A stretch of DNA of 64,000 bases, taken from the NCBI GenBank assembly GCA_039028615.1, contig JBCCHT010000042.1, forward strand, positions 32,001 through 96,000, given 5' to 3'. Below the pieces are notes generated by a model. That model worked only from the letters and a program-made list of their open reading frames with translations, was not told the DNA's origin and did not search any database. The position numbers and the translations under genes were made by a program. Of the stretch, positions 38,574-49,249 are shown one piece after another. How positions within the stretch are numbered: the stretch's first letter is position 1; each line of letters starts with the position of its first letter. Origin of the DNA: Myxococcota bacterium (lineage in GTDB: Bacteria; Myxococcota_A; Polyangia; Nannocystales; Nannocystaceae).

Positions 38574-39716
38574 ATGCAAATCGAGCAACGTCACTGGAGC
38601 GCGAGCCAGGGCTGGCAGATCCTGAGCGCGAACCCGGCGAGCCAACGAGCCCAGCTGGCGCTCGTATTCGGCGACGCCGCCACGCTGAGCGACGAGGAGG
38701 CCTTGACCGCGGTGCGGCGGGCCTACCCCGAAGCGATCCTGGCCGGGTGCTCCACCGCGGGAGAGATCCACGGCGTCGCCGTCAGCGACGACACGCTGGT
38801 CGTCACCGCCCTATACCTCGAGCACGGCCGCTGCACCCTCGCCCGCGTCGCCCTCGACGACCACGAGAGCAACCGTGAAGCCGCCGTCGCCTTGGCCCAC
38901 CAGCTGCCCACCGACGACCTCGTGCACGTGCTCGTGTTCTCCGACGGCCTGAGCGTCAACGGCACCGAGCTCGCCGAAGGGCTGCACGGCGCCCTGCCCA
39001 AGGGCGTCACCGCGACCGGAGGCCTCAGCGGCGACGGCAACCGTTTCGGTCGCACCGTGGTCTGTGCCGATGCCGTCGGCCGCAGCGGAGACGTCGTCGC
39101 CGTCGGCCTGCACGGCTCGCGCCTCCAGGTCGGCTACGGCTCCCTGGGCGGCTGGGATCCCTTCGGCCCCGAGCGCGTGATCACCCGGGCCGAGGGCAGC
39201 GTGCTCTACGAGCTCGACGGCCGACCCGCGCTCGACCTGTACGAGGAATACTTGGGCGAGCACGCGTCGGGGCTTCCCGCCACCGGCCTGCTCTTTCCCC
39301 TGATGATCCGTGCCCCCCACTCGGAGCAAGCCGGGCTCGTGCGCACCTTGGTCGCCATCGACGAAAAAGAGCGCAGCGTCACCTTCGTCGGCGAAATGGC
39401 CCAGGGGCACCACGCCCGGCTCATGAAGGCCAACTTCGATCGACTCATCGATGGCGCCCTGGGGGCTGCTCAGAGCGCGCTGACGGGACTTCGCGAGCCA
39501 GGGGCCGAACTCGCGCTATTGGTGAGCTGCGTGGGACGGAGGCTCGTGCTCAAACAGCGGACCGAAGAAGAGCTCGAGGCCGTGCGGGAGGTCGTGGGCC
39601 CCGAGACCATCTTGTCCGGGTTCTACTCCTACGGAGAGATCTGCCCCGCGGGCGTCGCGGCTGATTGCGAGCTCCACAATCAAACCATGACCGTCACCAC
39701 GCTTCGCGAGGTCTGA
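38574..39716 (+). CDS. FIST-domain (NosP-like) sensor protein
   Basis: GCSTAGEI, SDGLSVNG, GGLSGD, GGWDPFGP, SCVGR, GFYSYGEI, LHNQTMT. Confidence 0.93.
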   Translation: MQIEQRHWSASQGWQILSANPASQRAQLALVFGDAATLSDEEALTAVRRAYPEAILAGCSTAGEIHGVAVSDDTLVVTALYLEHGRCTLARVALDDHESNREAAVALAHQLPTDDLVHVLVFSDGLSVNGTELAEGLHGALPKGVTATGGLSGDGNRFGRTVVCADAVGRSGDVVAVGLHGSRLQVGYGSLGGWDPFGPERVITRAEGSVLYELDGRPALDLYEEYLGEHASGLPATGLLFPLMIRAPHSEQAGLVRTLVAIDEKERSVTFVGEMAQGHHARLMKANFDRLIDGALGAAQSALTGLREPGAELALLVSCVGRRLVLKQRTEEELEAVREVVGPETILSGFYSYGEICPAGVAADCELHNQTMTVTTLREV

Positions 39717-39730
39717 GGGTCCCGGTCTTC

Positions 39731-41437
39731 ATGCATCGCCTGCTTCGACGCCAGCTCCGGCGGCACCTCGCGGAAGGGGAATCGCTCCCCGAGTCGGTCG
39801 AACGCCTGCTCGAGGCCGTCAGCGCGGCCTACGAGCAGTCCGACGACGATCGGCGCCTGCTCGAGCGCTCGCTCGAGCTCACCTCGCGCGAGCTCATGCA
39901 GCGCAATCGCGAGCTGCAAGCCGACGTCGAGGGGCGCGTCCGCGCCGAGCAGGCGCTGCGCGATCGCGAGGCCCAGACCCGGGCCATCCTCGCCGCCCTG
40001 CCCGACCTACTGCTCGTCGTCTCACCCCACGGCGAGGTCCGGGAGATCCACAGCGTTGGTCGCAGCTTCTTGCCCGAGCCGATCTCCGACCTCCAGGGGC
40101 GCCCGCTCGCCGAAGTCTTGCCCGCCCAGCTGCTCGGTCCGCTCGTCCCCGCCATCCGCGAGGCCACCGTCAGCCAGAAGCCTCAGCGCCTCGAGCTGAG
40201 CCTGTCCGAAGGCAACCGTCGCAAGCGCTACGAGGCTCGGCTCACCGTCAGCGTCGTGGGTGACGTCGTCATGCTCATCCGCGACCAGACCGAGCGCGTG
40301 CGCATGGTCGAGCGCCTGCGCGTCGCCGACCGCATGGCCTCCGTCGGCACCCTTGCCGCTGGCGTCGCCCACGAGCTCAACAACCCGCTCGCCTACGTGC
40401 TCGGCAACATCGAGCTCATGCGGCAGGAGCTCAACGAGCCCGCGCTCGATCGCGACGAGATGAACACCCTGGTCGCCGACGCCCTCGATGGCGCCCGACG
40501 GATGCGGACCATCACCCAGGACCTTCGAACGTTCTCGCAGCCCCACTCCGAAGTCGTCGAGTCCGTCGATCCCCGGGCCGTCATCGACTCCGCGCTCAAG
40601 ATGGCCGGCACCGAAATTCGCCACCGCGCCGTCCTGCGCCGCGAATACCGGAGCATTCCGCCCGTTCACGCCGAGGCCAGCAAGCTCGGCCAGGTCTTCC
40701 TCAACCTGGTGATCAATGCCGTGCAGGCGCTCCCCGTCGGCGAGGCCTCCTCCAACGAGATCGTCTTGCGCACCATGACCGACTCCGAGGGCTACGCCGT
40801 CGTCGAGGTCTGCGACACCGGGCCGGGCATCCCCGTCCACCTCCAGAGCCGGATCTTCGAGCCCTTCGTCACCTCCAAGCCTCGCGGCGTGGGGACTGGG
40901 CTCGGCCTGTCGATCTGCCACAACATCGTGACCTCGCTCGGCGGGCACATCTCCGTCCATCAGCGTCCCGATCGAGGGACCATCTTCCGCGTCCGCTTGC
41001 CCCCGAGCGGCAAGCCCATCTCTCGGCGGCGGCCCACCGCGGGCAACCTACCCATGATGCGCGATCGCACCGTCGCGCGGCAGCGGGTGCTCATCATCGA
41101 CGACGACAAAATGGTCGGCAACACCCTGCGGCGGCTGCTGTCCAATCGAGACGTGATGGTGGCTCGGAGTGGGCGCGAAGGGGTCGAGGTCTTGCGGGCG
41201 AACGATCAGTTCGACGTGGTGCTCTGCGATCTGATGATGCCGGAGATCTCAGGCATGGATGTGTACGACCTCGTCAATGCAGAGCGGCCGGATCTGGCGG
41301 CTCGGTTTGTCTTCATGACGGGGGGGGCGTTTACGGATCGGGCTCGGGCGTTCTTGGATAAGGTGGGGAATCCTCGCTTGGAGAAGCCCTTTGATGCGAA
41401 GACGTTGCATGCGGTCTTGGCGGGGGAGTATGGGTGA
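39731..41437 (+). CDS. hybrid sensor histidine kinase/response regulator (PAS-HisKA-HATPase-REC)
   Basis: AHELNNPL, NLVINA, DTGPGI, GTGLGL, IIDDD...CDLMMP...KPF. Confidence 0.95.
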   Translation: MHRLLRRQLRRHLAEGESLPESVERLLEAVSAAYEQSDDDRRLLERSLELTSRELMQRNRELQADVEGRVRAEQALRDREAQTRAILAALPDLLLVVSPHGEVREIHSVGRSFLPEPISDLQGRPLAEVLPAQLLGPLVPAIREATVSQKPQRLELSLSEGNRRKRYEARLTVSVVGDVVMLIRDQTERVRMVERLRVADRMASVGTLAAGVAHELNNPLAYVLGNIELMRQELNEPALDRDEMNTLVADALDGARRMRTITQDLRTFSQPHSEVVESVDPRAVIDSALKMAGTEIRHRAVLRREYRSIPPVHAEASKLGQVFLNLVINAVQALPVGEASSNEIVLRTMTDSEGYAVVEVCDTGPGIPVHLQSRIFEPFVTSKPRGVGTGLGLSICHNIVTSLGGHISVHQRPDRGTIFRVRLPPSGKPISRRRPTAGNLPMMRDRTVARQRVLIIDDDKMVGNTLRRLLSNRDVMVARSGREGVEVLRANDQFDVVLCDLMMPEISGMDVYDLVNAERPDLAARFVFMTGGAFTDRARAFLDKVGNPRLEKPFDAKTLHAVLAGEYG

Positions 41438-41519
41438 GGCGGGGTCTTTGTTTGTGTAAGTAGGGGGTTGTTCGAGGAGGGGAGTGTTTCGCGTGGGAGC
41501 CGAGAACCTTCGAGCGAAA

Positions 41520-41658
41520 GGCTCGCCTGTTGACGGCTGGAACCCTCCCCGGACGTGCTCGGCGGCCGTTTCAGCGGAGTGTTTCGAAACGGGTTCGGCG
41601 GCCGCCTCCGCGCGACCGGGTCCCCTCCATCCTACGCGGCTTCGCTTCAGCCCTCCCC
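41520..41658 (-). repeat. dispersed structured intergenic repeat, copy B
   Basis: Reverse complement of the copy A core, between convergent genes. Confidence 0.9.
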
Positions 41659-41755
41659 GCACGCTTCCTCCCGTTCGGGGGTAAGGGCGGATCTTGCTCC
41701 GCGAGCCCTCGCCGTTGGCAGGCCCGTCCACCCCTACGGGGACTCCGCGGCGACG

Positions 41756-42748
41756 CTACTTGTACTCGATGAGCCGACTTCGCTTGCCGCGAATCCGACC
41801 CATGTGGAACTTCAGTACGCCCTGCAGCTCCGCGAATCGTCCGACGGCGACGGAGACGGAGTACGCGGCGGCGTCTGCCCGGTTGCGTCCCGTCGATCGC
41901 TTGAGCTTGTAGACCTTCGCGACCGTGATCGGGTACCCGGCGAACAGGGCCAGGCTGGCGCCGAGGGTCGGTAGGGCGGCACCGATGGCGACGCCGGGGA
42001 GGACGGCGCCCCAAAACCAGATCCGTTGGTTTTCGCGGACCCAGTGCCGCGAGGGAGCTTCGCCGTGGATGGCTGCTCCTTCGGCGTAGGCATGGCCAGC
42101 GCGAACCGAGCGCTTCCACCATTGGCCGGCCTCGGTCATCGCCGCATCGTGCAGCGTCATCTCGTGATCGATGCGGTCGATGCGGTAGCCGACGTCTCGG
42201 TATCGCACGCACAGCTCGGGCTCTTCCCCCGCGATCAACGACGGGTCGTAGCGTCCTGCCTTTTCGAAGGCCTCGACCCGCATCATGGCATCGCCGCCGC
42301 AGGTGTAGGCCTCGCCCACGGGCGTGTCCCACTCGACGTCGATGATGCGGTTCCAGACGGTCGCGTCGGGGAAGCGCTCGCGCCTGCGGCCGCCGACGGC
42401 CGCGACGACCGGGTGTTGCTCGAGGTGATCGTGCGCCGACTCGAGCCAGCCATCGACGACCTCGCAGTCGCCGTCGACGAACTGCACGTAGCGCATGTCG
42501 GGCATCAGCTCGAGCAGTCGCTCGTAGCCCTCGTTGCGCGCGCGGGCCGCGGTGAAGGGCACCGACATGTCGAGTTCGAGGACCTCCGCCCCGATCTCTC
42601 GCGCCTTCTCGGCGCTGCCGTCGGTGGAGTTGGAGTCGACATAGACCACGTGCTGCACGCGGCCCACGAGCGACTTCAGACAGCGCACCAAACGCTCGCC
42701 CTCGTTGCGTCCAATGGCCACACAGCCGACGTCTTGGAGCTTCCCCAT
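41756..42748 (-). CDS. glycosyltransferase family 2
   Basis: IGRNEG, YVDSNSTDGS, ARARNEG, FVDGD, GEEPELC. Confidence 0.92.
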   Translation of the reverse strand: MGKLQDVGCVAIGRNEGERLVRCLKSLVGRVQHVVYVDSNSTDGSAEKAREIGAEVLELDMSVPFTAARARNEGYERLLELMPDMRYVQFVDGDCEVVDGWLESAHDHLEQHPVVAAVGGRRRERFPDATVWNRIIDVEWDTPVGEAYTCGGDAMMRVEAFEKAGRYDPSLIAGEEPELCVRYRDVGYRIDRIDHEMTLHDAAMTEAGQWWKRSVRAGHAYAEGAAIHGEAPSRHWVRENQRIWFWGAVLPGVAIGAALPTLGASLALFAGYPITVAKVYKLKRSTGRNRADAAAYSVSVAVGRFAELQGVLKFHMGRIRGKRSRLIEYK

Positions 42749-42881
42749 CGATGGCTTCTCCTGTTGGCTCGGGTGCGACCCGAGGGAAGCCAAAGTAGCA
42801 GAATGTCCGGGGGCGCGCGACGGCCCGGCCCACCCCGGTTGGCTCACGTGGTGGTATAGGCTCGGGGCAGCAGGTGCAGTG

Positions 42882-43892
42882 ATGTCCCGAGAGTTGTTCG
42901 AGCCCCATCCGATGACCGGCTATCGGTTCGTTCCCGGACTGCGCACGCGGGTCCCCCACGTGGGGGGCGGCTACGAGATCCAGTGCAACCGGGCCGGCTA
43001 TCGCTGCCGCCACGAGGTCACGCCGGACAAGCCCCCGGGGACCTTCCGCCTGCTGGTCTTCGGCGACGGCCACACCGCGGGCACCGGGGTCGACGGGGCC
43101 CAGCGCTTCACCGACCTGCTCGAGCGTCGTCTCGGCACCTACGTCCAGGTGCTCAATTTCGGCCTGCCCGGTTCTGGCACCGACCAGCAATTGCTGGCCT
43201 TCCGTCAGCACGGTCGCGAGATCGAGCACGACCTGCTGCTGCTGTGCCCTCAGGTCGAGAACATCCTGCGCAATCTCGAGTCGCACACCGTCGTCCCGTC
43301 GACGGACCTCGACGCCGAGACTCCCGCCGTCCGACCCAAGCCTCGCTTCACCCTCGAAGGCGACGAGCTCGTCCTGCATCCCCCGCCCGCCGACGACCCG
43401 GCCGAGCCTACCGAGCCCGAGCCCCCCGCTCTCGCCGAGCAAGATCCACCCCCGCTCGTCCGTGGTCTGCTCCGCCGGGTCACCGCCGAAGTCGAGAAAA
43501 AGGTGCCCGGCTTCCACGCCTTCTCCCGCCGCGTGCGAGGCGTCAGCTACCCCGAGCAGTACGCCGATCCCCATGATCCCGCCTGGCTGCTCATGAAGCG
43601 AATCCTGAGCACCTTCATCAGCGAAGCCCACGCCCCCGTCGTCCTGGCGCCCATCCCCACCTCGGCCCATGTCGAGGGCGGGCTCTCGGCCGACTCCTAC
43701 CTCACCCGCTTCGGCGAGCTCTCCGTCGAGGCTGGGTGCGAAATGGTGAACCTGCTCCCCATGTTCTTCGACGAGCCGAGAGCCGTCCGCCACCAGTGCC
43801 GCTTCGAGCAGGACCCGCGCCCCACCGCCAAGGGCCACACCCTCTTCGCCGACGGGCTACTCCCGCACCTCCGCCCCTACGTCGCCCGCTAG
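42882..43892 (+). CDS. SGNH-fold protein, apparently lacking catalytic Ser and His
   Basis: LLVFGDGHTAG (GDS>GDG), VLNFGLPGSGTDQ, DPRPTAKGH (DxHP>DPRP). Confidence 0.8.
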   Translation: MSRELFEPHPMTGYRFVPGLRTRVPHVGGGYEIQCNRAGYRCRHEVTPDKPPGTFRLLVFGDGHTAGTGVDGAQRFTDLLERRLGTYVQVLNFGLPGSGTDQQLLAFRQHGREIEHDLLLLCPQVENILRNLESHTVVPSTDLDAETPAVRPKPRFTLEGDELVLHPPPADDPAEPTEPEPPALAEQDPPPLVRGLLRRVTAEVEKKVPGFHAFSRRVRGVSYPEQYADPHDPAWLLMKRILSTFISEAHAPVVLAPIPTSAHVEGGLSADSYLTRFGELSVEAGCEMVNLLPMFFDEPRAVRHQCRFEQDPRPTAKGHTLFADGLLPHLRPYVAR

Positions 43893-44022
43893 CTCCGTTT
43901 CCGGCCACCCGGCGACCGGAGAGGCGTCATCATCGCAGGCCGGGGCCCAGCAGGCCCCGTGCACCGCAGCGGGCAGAGGCCTACGAGCAATCCTGTCCAA
44001 CCACCGTAGAACCCCCGGAGCG

Positions 44023-46035
44023 TCAGCCTTTGACGTGCTCATCGAACCAATCGAGAAACCGATTCGCAAAGTCGATCTGGTGCGCCCGCTCCCCGAGCCC
44101 ATGTCCTTCGCGAGGATAGAGCACCAGCTCCGTCTCGGTCCCCGCATACCGAAGCGCCCGATAGAGTTCCTTACCCTGACCCGGCGGAACCCGCGTGTCT
44201 TCCTGACCGTGCACCACGAGCGTCGCGGTGGTGCTCCCCTGCGTATTGGCCATGGGCGAGCGCTCCCACGCCAGCGCATGATGCTCGTAGGGCCACAGGT
44301 TCCAGTGCACGAGCGAGTTCTCGTGCTCGATCTCGGAGGTCCCGGTGAAGGAGATCCAGTTGGTGATGGCCGCCCCGACCATGGCCGCCTTGAAGCGCTT
44401 GGAGTACTTGGTCGCGGCGATGCCCGAGAAGTAGCCGCCGTAGCTCCAGCCGCCCATGCCCACGCGAGCTTCGTCGACGAGGCCCTCGGCGACGAGGTGA
44501 TCGATCCCCGCGAGGACGTCCTCGAATTCCTTGCCGCCGAGATCACCATGGTCGGCCTTGCCGAAGGCGACGCCGCGGCCCTGGGAGCCGCGGTAGTTGG
44601 GCTCGAGGACGACGTAGCCACGGGTGGCGAACAGCTGGGTGGGGTAGCCGGAGCGCGTGTTGAAGCCGTTGAGGGTGATGCCCTCGGGGCCGCCGTGCAC
44701 GAGGACGGCGAGGGGATAGCGGGTGCCCTCGGCGTAGTCGACCGGGAGGGTCAGCACGCCCTCGATGACGGTGCCGTCGGCGGCCTTCCACTCGATGACG
44801 CGGCGCTCGCCGAGGCGCTTGGTGTCGAGCTCGGGGTTGCTGTTGGTGCGACGCCGTAGCGAGCTGGAGCCGCCCGCGTAGACTTCGCGCGCATGCTCGG
44901 GTCGCTCCCCTGCACACGCGAAGGTCTTTCCGTTGCGGGTGGCATCGGCCACGCGACATACGGGGGTGTTGATCTTCTCCCCGCTCATCACCCCACGGAT
45001 GGTGATGCGATGAAAGGCGGTCTGGGTGCCCTTGTTGGAGAGCATGGCCATGTCGTCGACCCCGATCCACCGGAACCACTGGCCCGTGCCTTCGTAGTCG
45101 GCGGTGAGCGCCTTGGCGGTGCCGCCTTCGGCGGGCACGAGGTGCAGGACGCCCGCGGTGGGGTCGGAGATGTCGACGGCGCCCAAGAAGGCGATGTGCT
45201 CCCCCTTGGGCGACCACTCGATGTGGCCGAGCTTGCCCGCGGTGTCGCAGAGCTTGGACAGCTCGCCGCCCTCGGCGGAGATCGTGTGCAAGCGGCTGTA
45301 CATCATCACCGCGTCGATGTCGGCGCGCTCGTTGGTCTGCACGGCGAGGCGCTCACCGTCGGGGGACCAGGCCATCTGGACGATGTGGATGTCGGCCGGG
45401 CTGATGGCCTTGGATTCCCCGGAGCGCAGGTTCTTGATCCACAGCCGTCGCGCGGTGCCGTGGACGTCGCCGATGTGCCAGTCACGGCCCTCTTTGCGGT
45501 CGCGCTTCTCCTTGCTGCTGGGCACGCGGTCGGCGAGGTAGGCGATGCGCTTGCCCTTGGGGCCCCATGCGAAGGACCGCACGCTGAAGGTGTCTTCGGT
45601 GAGCGCCTCCGCTTCGCCGCCGTCGATGGGCACGGCGTAGACCTGGGTGTGGCGGGAGCCGGGGCGTCGTGAGAGGAAGGCGATGCGCTTGCCGTTGGGA
45701 GACCACTCGGGCGAGCGGGCGTTCGATCCGGCGCTGGTGTAGGCGCGTGGCGTGCCGCCGCGGACGGGTACGACCCAGATCTGGCTGCGCATGTGTGCGG
45801 GGCCCTCGAGCGAGTCGGCGGGAATGCGGAGGACGTAGGCGATGCTCTTGCCGTCGGGGGACAGGGCGACGTCGGAGACGTACTGGAGGTCGACGACGGT
45901 CTCGACGTCGAGCAGGTCGGTGCGGGCCGGGCTGGCTGCGAGCGCGGGGGCGGTAGTCGGAACGGTGGCGGCACTCGCGGGGGAGGCACAACCCCAAAGG
46001 AGCGAAGCGAGCGCGAACGTGGAGAGCCTACGCAT
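44023..46035 (-). CDS. S9 family peptidase (dipeptidyl/acylaminoacyl peptidase)
   Basis: WSPDG propeller repeats, VHGGP, NYRGS, GWSYGG, HGQEDTRVP, REGHG. Confidence 0.94.
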   Translation of the reverse strand: MRRLSTFALASLLWGCASPASAATVPTTAPALAASPARTDLLDVETVVDLQYVSDVALSPDGKSIAYVLRIPADSLEGPAHMRSQIWVVPVRGGTPRAYTSAGSNARSPEWSPNGKRIAFLSRRPGSRHTQVYAVPIDGGEAEALTEDTFSVRSFAWGPKGKRIAYLADRVPSSKEKRDRKEGRDWHIGDVHGTARRLWIKNLRSGESKAISPADIHIVQMAWSPDGERLAVQTNERADIDAVMMYSRLHTISAEGGELSKLCDTAGKLGHIEWSPKGEHIAFLGAVDISDPTAGVLHLVPAEGGTAKALTADYEGTGQWFRWIGVDDMAMLSNKGTQTAFHRITIRGVMSGEKINTPVCRVADATRNGKTFACAGERPEHAREVYAGGSSSLRRRTNSNPELDTKRLGERRVIEWKAADGTVIEGVLTLPVDYAEGTRYPLAVLVHGGPEGITLNGFNTRSGYPTQLFATRGYVVLEPNYRGSQGRGVAFGKADHGDLGGKEFEDVLAGIDHLVAEGLVDEARVGMGGWSYGGYFSGIAATKYSKRFKAAMVGAAITNWISFTGTSEIEHENSLVHWNLWPYEHHALAWERSPMANTQGSTTATLVVHGQEDTRVPPGQGKELYRALRYAGTETELVLYPREGHGLGERAHQIDFANRFLDWFDEHVKG

Positions 46036-46111
46036 GAGAGGCGGACCATACCGCGGGGTCACGGCGGTGTCCGGCCCCTGTTATCGTGGGGCGCGTTCGC
46101 GGCACCCGCCC

Positions 46112-49100
46112 ATGCCCGAGGACACCACCAAAGTCGACGACTGGGTTTTCCAGCCGACCGTCGCCGAGCCGCCCGGAGCCGTGGCGGCGCGTGATGCCGA
46201 TGCGCGCGAGGCTTCCCGCGTGCAGGGCACGGCCGGCAACACACCGCACGACGCACAGCCGGACGAGACCGACCCCGAGCTCCTCGGGCGCTTCAAGATC
46301 ATCGGTCGCCTCGGTCGGGGCGGGATGGGCACGGTGCTCGAGGGCTACGACGAGACCCTCGATCGGCGGGTTGCGGTCAAGCAGCTGCACGCAGACGCGG
46401 GGCGAAGCCACCGCCGTCGGCTCTTGCGAGAGGCGCAGGCGCTGGCTCGGCTCTCGCATCCCAACGTGGTGCAGGTCTACGACGCAGGCGAGCAGGACGG
46501 CCGCCTGTTCATCGCGATGGAGCTGGTGCCCGGCCAGACGCTGTGGGAGTGGCAACGCACGCCCCAGCCGTGGCTCGAGTGCCTGCGCGTGTACACGGAG
46601 GCGGCACGCGGACTCGCGGCCGCGCACGCGGAGGGCATCGTCCACCGCGACTTCAAGCCGGCCAACTGCATCATCGGCGACGACGGACGCGTGACGGTGC
46701 TCGACTTCGGCCTGGCCCGCGGCATCGACGATGACGATGACGACTCGCAGGTCCAGACGCTCACGCGGCCCGGCGAGGGCAAGACGGGCCTGCTGGCGGC
46801 CGCGGCGGGCGAGACCAAGGTCGAGACCGGCGCCGACCTGCCGCCCCCGAAGCCGGAGCCGAAACCCCTCGTTCCGGGCAACACCGCCTTCGATTCGGAG
46901 GTCGCCACGCTGCCCCGCACGCCGCCGTCGGCGGGGGGAACGAAGCGACGTCCCACCGATTCCAATAGCGCGCTGTCGCAGCGCCTGACTCGGACGGGGG
47001 CGCTGCTGGGAACGCCGGCCTACATGGCGCCCGAGCAGGCGGCGGGGCTGCTGCCCGATGCGCGCAGCGATCAATTCAGCCTGTGCGTGGCGCTGTTCGA
47101 GGCGCTGTTCGGAGAGCGGCCCTACGGGAGCAGCCCGGGCATGGCGTTGTTGGTCGACGAAGAGCCGACCCTGGTCATCCCCAAGACGCGCCCCGGATTG
47201 CCCGCGGTGCCGGGGTGGCTGAAGGCGGCCCTCACCCGAGGCCTGCACAGAGACAAGGACGAGCGCTTTCCCAACATGAACGCGCTGATCGCCACGCTGC
47301 GCCGCGGGCAACGACAGCGACGGCGACGACGGCTGGCGCTGGCGCTGGCCGGGGTGGGGGCATTGATGACCGCGGGGGTGGTGGCCTCGGCCCGCGAGGC
47401 GCCCTGCGAGGGCATGCGCGACGCGGGGATCGTGGCCTGGGATCAGCAGCGTGCCAACGTACGCGAGGCTCTGCAAGCGCAGGGGGGCGAAGATGCGGGG
47501 TCGATCTGGACGGCCACCGAGCGCGGGCTCGACGAGTACACGCGGGCGTGGAGCGAGGCCCGAGCGCGGGCCTGCGAGGCGACCCATGTGGAGCGCGTGG
47601 CGAGCGTGGAGCGACTCGAGCGTCGCACCGCGTGCCTCGATGGTCGTGCGATGCGAGTGCAGGCGACGGTGGAGCAGCTCGCGGAGGCCGATGCGATGGT
47701 GGCCGCCCACGCAGCCCAGGCGGTGCGCTCGTTGCCGCGGATCGAGCCCTGTCTCGACATCGAGCCGGGCGGGCCACCTCCGCTGCCCGAAGCGCTCACC
47801 GCCGACGCCGAGCAGGTGCATCGATTGATCGCTCGCTCGTGGGCCTTCGATGCCACCGGCCGTGCGGCGCGAGGCCTCGATGCCGCCGAGGCGGCGGTGC
47901 TCCAGGCGATCGCGCTGGGCGACGCGGGGGCGCCGTTGCGAGCAGAGACCCAGCACAACCGAGGTCGGCTCTATCGCGCGGTCGGTCGGCTCTCCGAGGC
48001 GCGACGCGACCTCGAGGCGGTGGTCGAGCAGGCGGAGCTGTCGAACGATCAATCGCTGGCCATCGAGGCGCTGCGGACCTTGCTGATGGTGGCGCTCGAC
48101 GAGGCCGATCGCTCGGCCGCCGCAGCGTGGATCACCGTGGTGCAGGGCAAGCTGCGACGCTCGGCCACACATCGGCCACGCCATCAAGCGGAGCTGAACT
48201 ACCTGCGGGGTCTGCTCGCGCTGCACGATCAGAACTACGACGACGCGTCCGAGTCGCTCGAGGCGGCCACGAAGGCGTTCGACGAGCTGGGCGCCGATGC
48301 GACCCTGGCCAAGGGCCAGGCACTGCTGAAGCTGGCGATCGCCCGCGGCTACTTGCACGACGACACCCGGGCGGGACAGACCTTCGAAGAGGCCCTGTCG
48401 TTGGCCGAGCGCGAGGGCTTGCGGCCGCTGACCGCCGAGGTCCTGCACGAGCAGGGCCGCTACCACGAGCAGCAGGGGCGACACGACGAGGCCGAGACCG
48501 TGCTGCGACGGGCACTGGCGCTGGAGGTCGGTTTCGACGGCCCCAACTCGCCGGTCACCATTCGCACCCGCACCGTGCTCGCCCGCATGCTGTCGCGCCG
48601 CGGCGAGCTCGACGAGGCTCAGCGCCTGGTCGAGGCCGCCCGCAAGAGCCTGGGCCCCTCGGTCTCTGCGCGGAGTCGGGCTCAGGTCATGACGCTGCTC
48701 GCCAGCGTCGTGCGCATGAAGGGCGAGTGGGAAGTGGCGCTCGGCCACTACCGCCGCGCCCACGAGGCCTGGTCGAGCCTGTCCTCGCCCGACGAGATCG
48801 AGCTGGCCATGCTCGACACCTCGATGGCCGACTGCATGATGATGATGGGCCACAACGACGCCGCCAAGGCCCGCTACGAGACGGCGATCCAGATCCTCAA
48901 GGTGCGTGCGGCCGACGATGACCCGCGGCACGTCTACCCGCTCTTCGGATTGGGCCACGCGCTCGTCGAGCTGGGCGATCAGCCCGGCGCCGTCGATGCC
49001 TATCGCCGGGCGCAAGCCATCCAGGCGGGTGTCGGTGAAAACCCGGAGCTGAGCGCCATACTGCGTTGGGAGCTGGGTCGAACGGTGCTCGGCCTCGATT

Positions 49101-49249
49101 CGAGCACCGATCTCGAACGGGCCGAGGCCACTCGACACGTCGCGGCGGCACGAGAGTATTATCGGAGCATCGACGACGCGGACATGGTGGCTGAGATCGA
49201 CGCCTTCGTGTCCAAACGCGATCAACCCCAACCGGATCAACAACGATGA
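46112..49249 (+). CDS. Ser/Thr protein kinase with TM segment and TPR region
   Basis: GRGGMG, VAVK, HRDFKPAN, DFGLA, GTPAYMAPE; long activation-segment insertion. Confidence 0.92.
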   Translation: MPEDTTKVDDWVFQPTVAEPPGAVAARDADAREASRVQGTAGNTPHDAQPDETDPELLGRFKIIGRLGRGGMGTVLEGYDETLDRRVAVKQLHADAGRSHRRRLLREAQALARLSHPNVVQVYDAGEQDGRLFIAMELVPGQTLWEWQRTPQPWLECLRVYTEAARGLAAAHAEGIVHRDFKPANCIIGDDGRVTVLDFGLARGIDDDDDDSQVQTLTRPGEGKTGLLAAAAGETKVETGADLPPPKPEPKPLVPGNTAFDSEVATLPRTPPSAGGTKRRPTDSNSALSQRLTRTGALLGTPAYMAPEQAAGLLPDARSDQFSLCVALFEALFGERPYGSSPGMALLVDEEPTLVIPKTRPGLPAVPGWLKAALTRGLHRDKDERFPNMNALIATLRRGQRQRRRRRLALALAGVGALMTAGVVASAREAPCEGMRDAGIVAWDQQRANVREALQAQGGEDAGSIWTATERGLDEYTRAWSEARARACEATHVERVASVERLERRTACLDGRAMRVQATVEQLAEADAMVAAHAAQAVRSLPRIEPCLDIEPGGPPPLPEALTADAEQVHRLIARSWAFDATGRAARGLDAAEAAVLQAIALGDAGAPLRAETQHNRGRLYRAVGRLSEARRDLEAVVEQAELSNDQSLAIEALRTLLMVALDEADRSAAAAWITVVQGKLRRSATHRPRHQAELNYLRGLLALHDQNYDDASESLEAATKAFDELGADATLAKGQALLKLAIARGYLHDDTRAGQTFEEALSLAEREGLRPLTAEVLHEQGRYHEQQGRHDEAETVLRRALALEVGFDGPNSPVTIRTRTVLARMLSRRGELDEAQRLVEAARKSLGPSVSARSRAQVMTLLASVVRMKGEWEVALGHYRRAHEAWSSLSSPDEIELAMLDTSMADCMMMMGHNDAAKARYETAIQILKVRAADDDPRHVYPLFGLGHALVELGDQPGAVDAYRRAQAIQAGVGENPELSAILRWELGRTVLGLDSSTDLERAEATRHVAAAREYYRSIDDADMVAEIDAFVSKRDQPQPDQQR

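Noticed and set aside
9510..49243. Many long antisense ORFs (e.g. 9510..12056, 14178..17009, 35721..38201, 46028..49243)
   Set aside because: Shadow frames typical of high-GC DNA, opposite genes with clear family motifs
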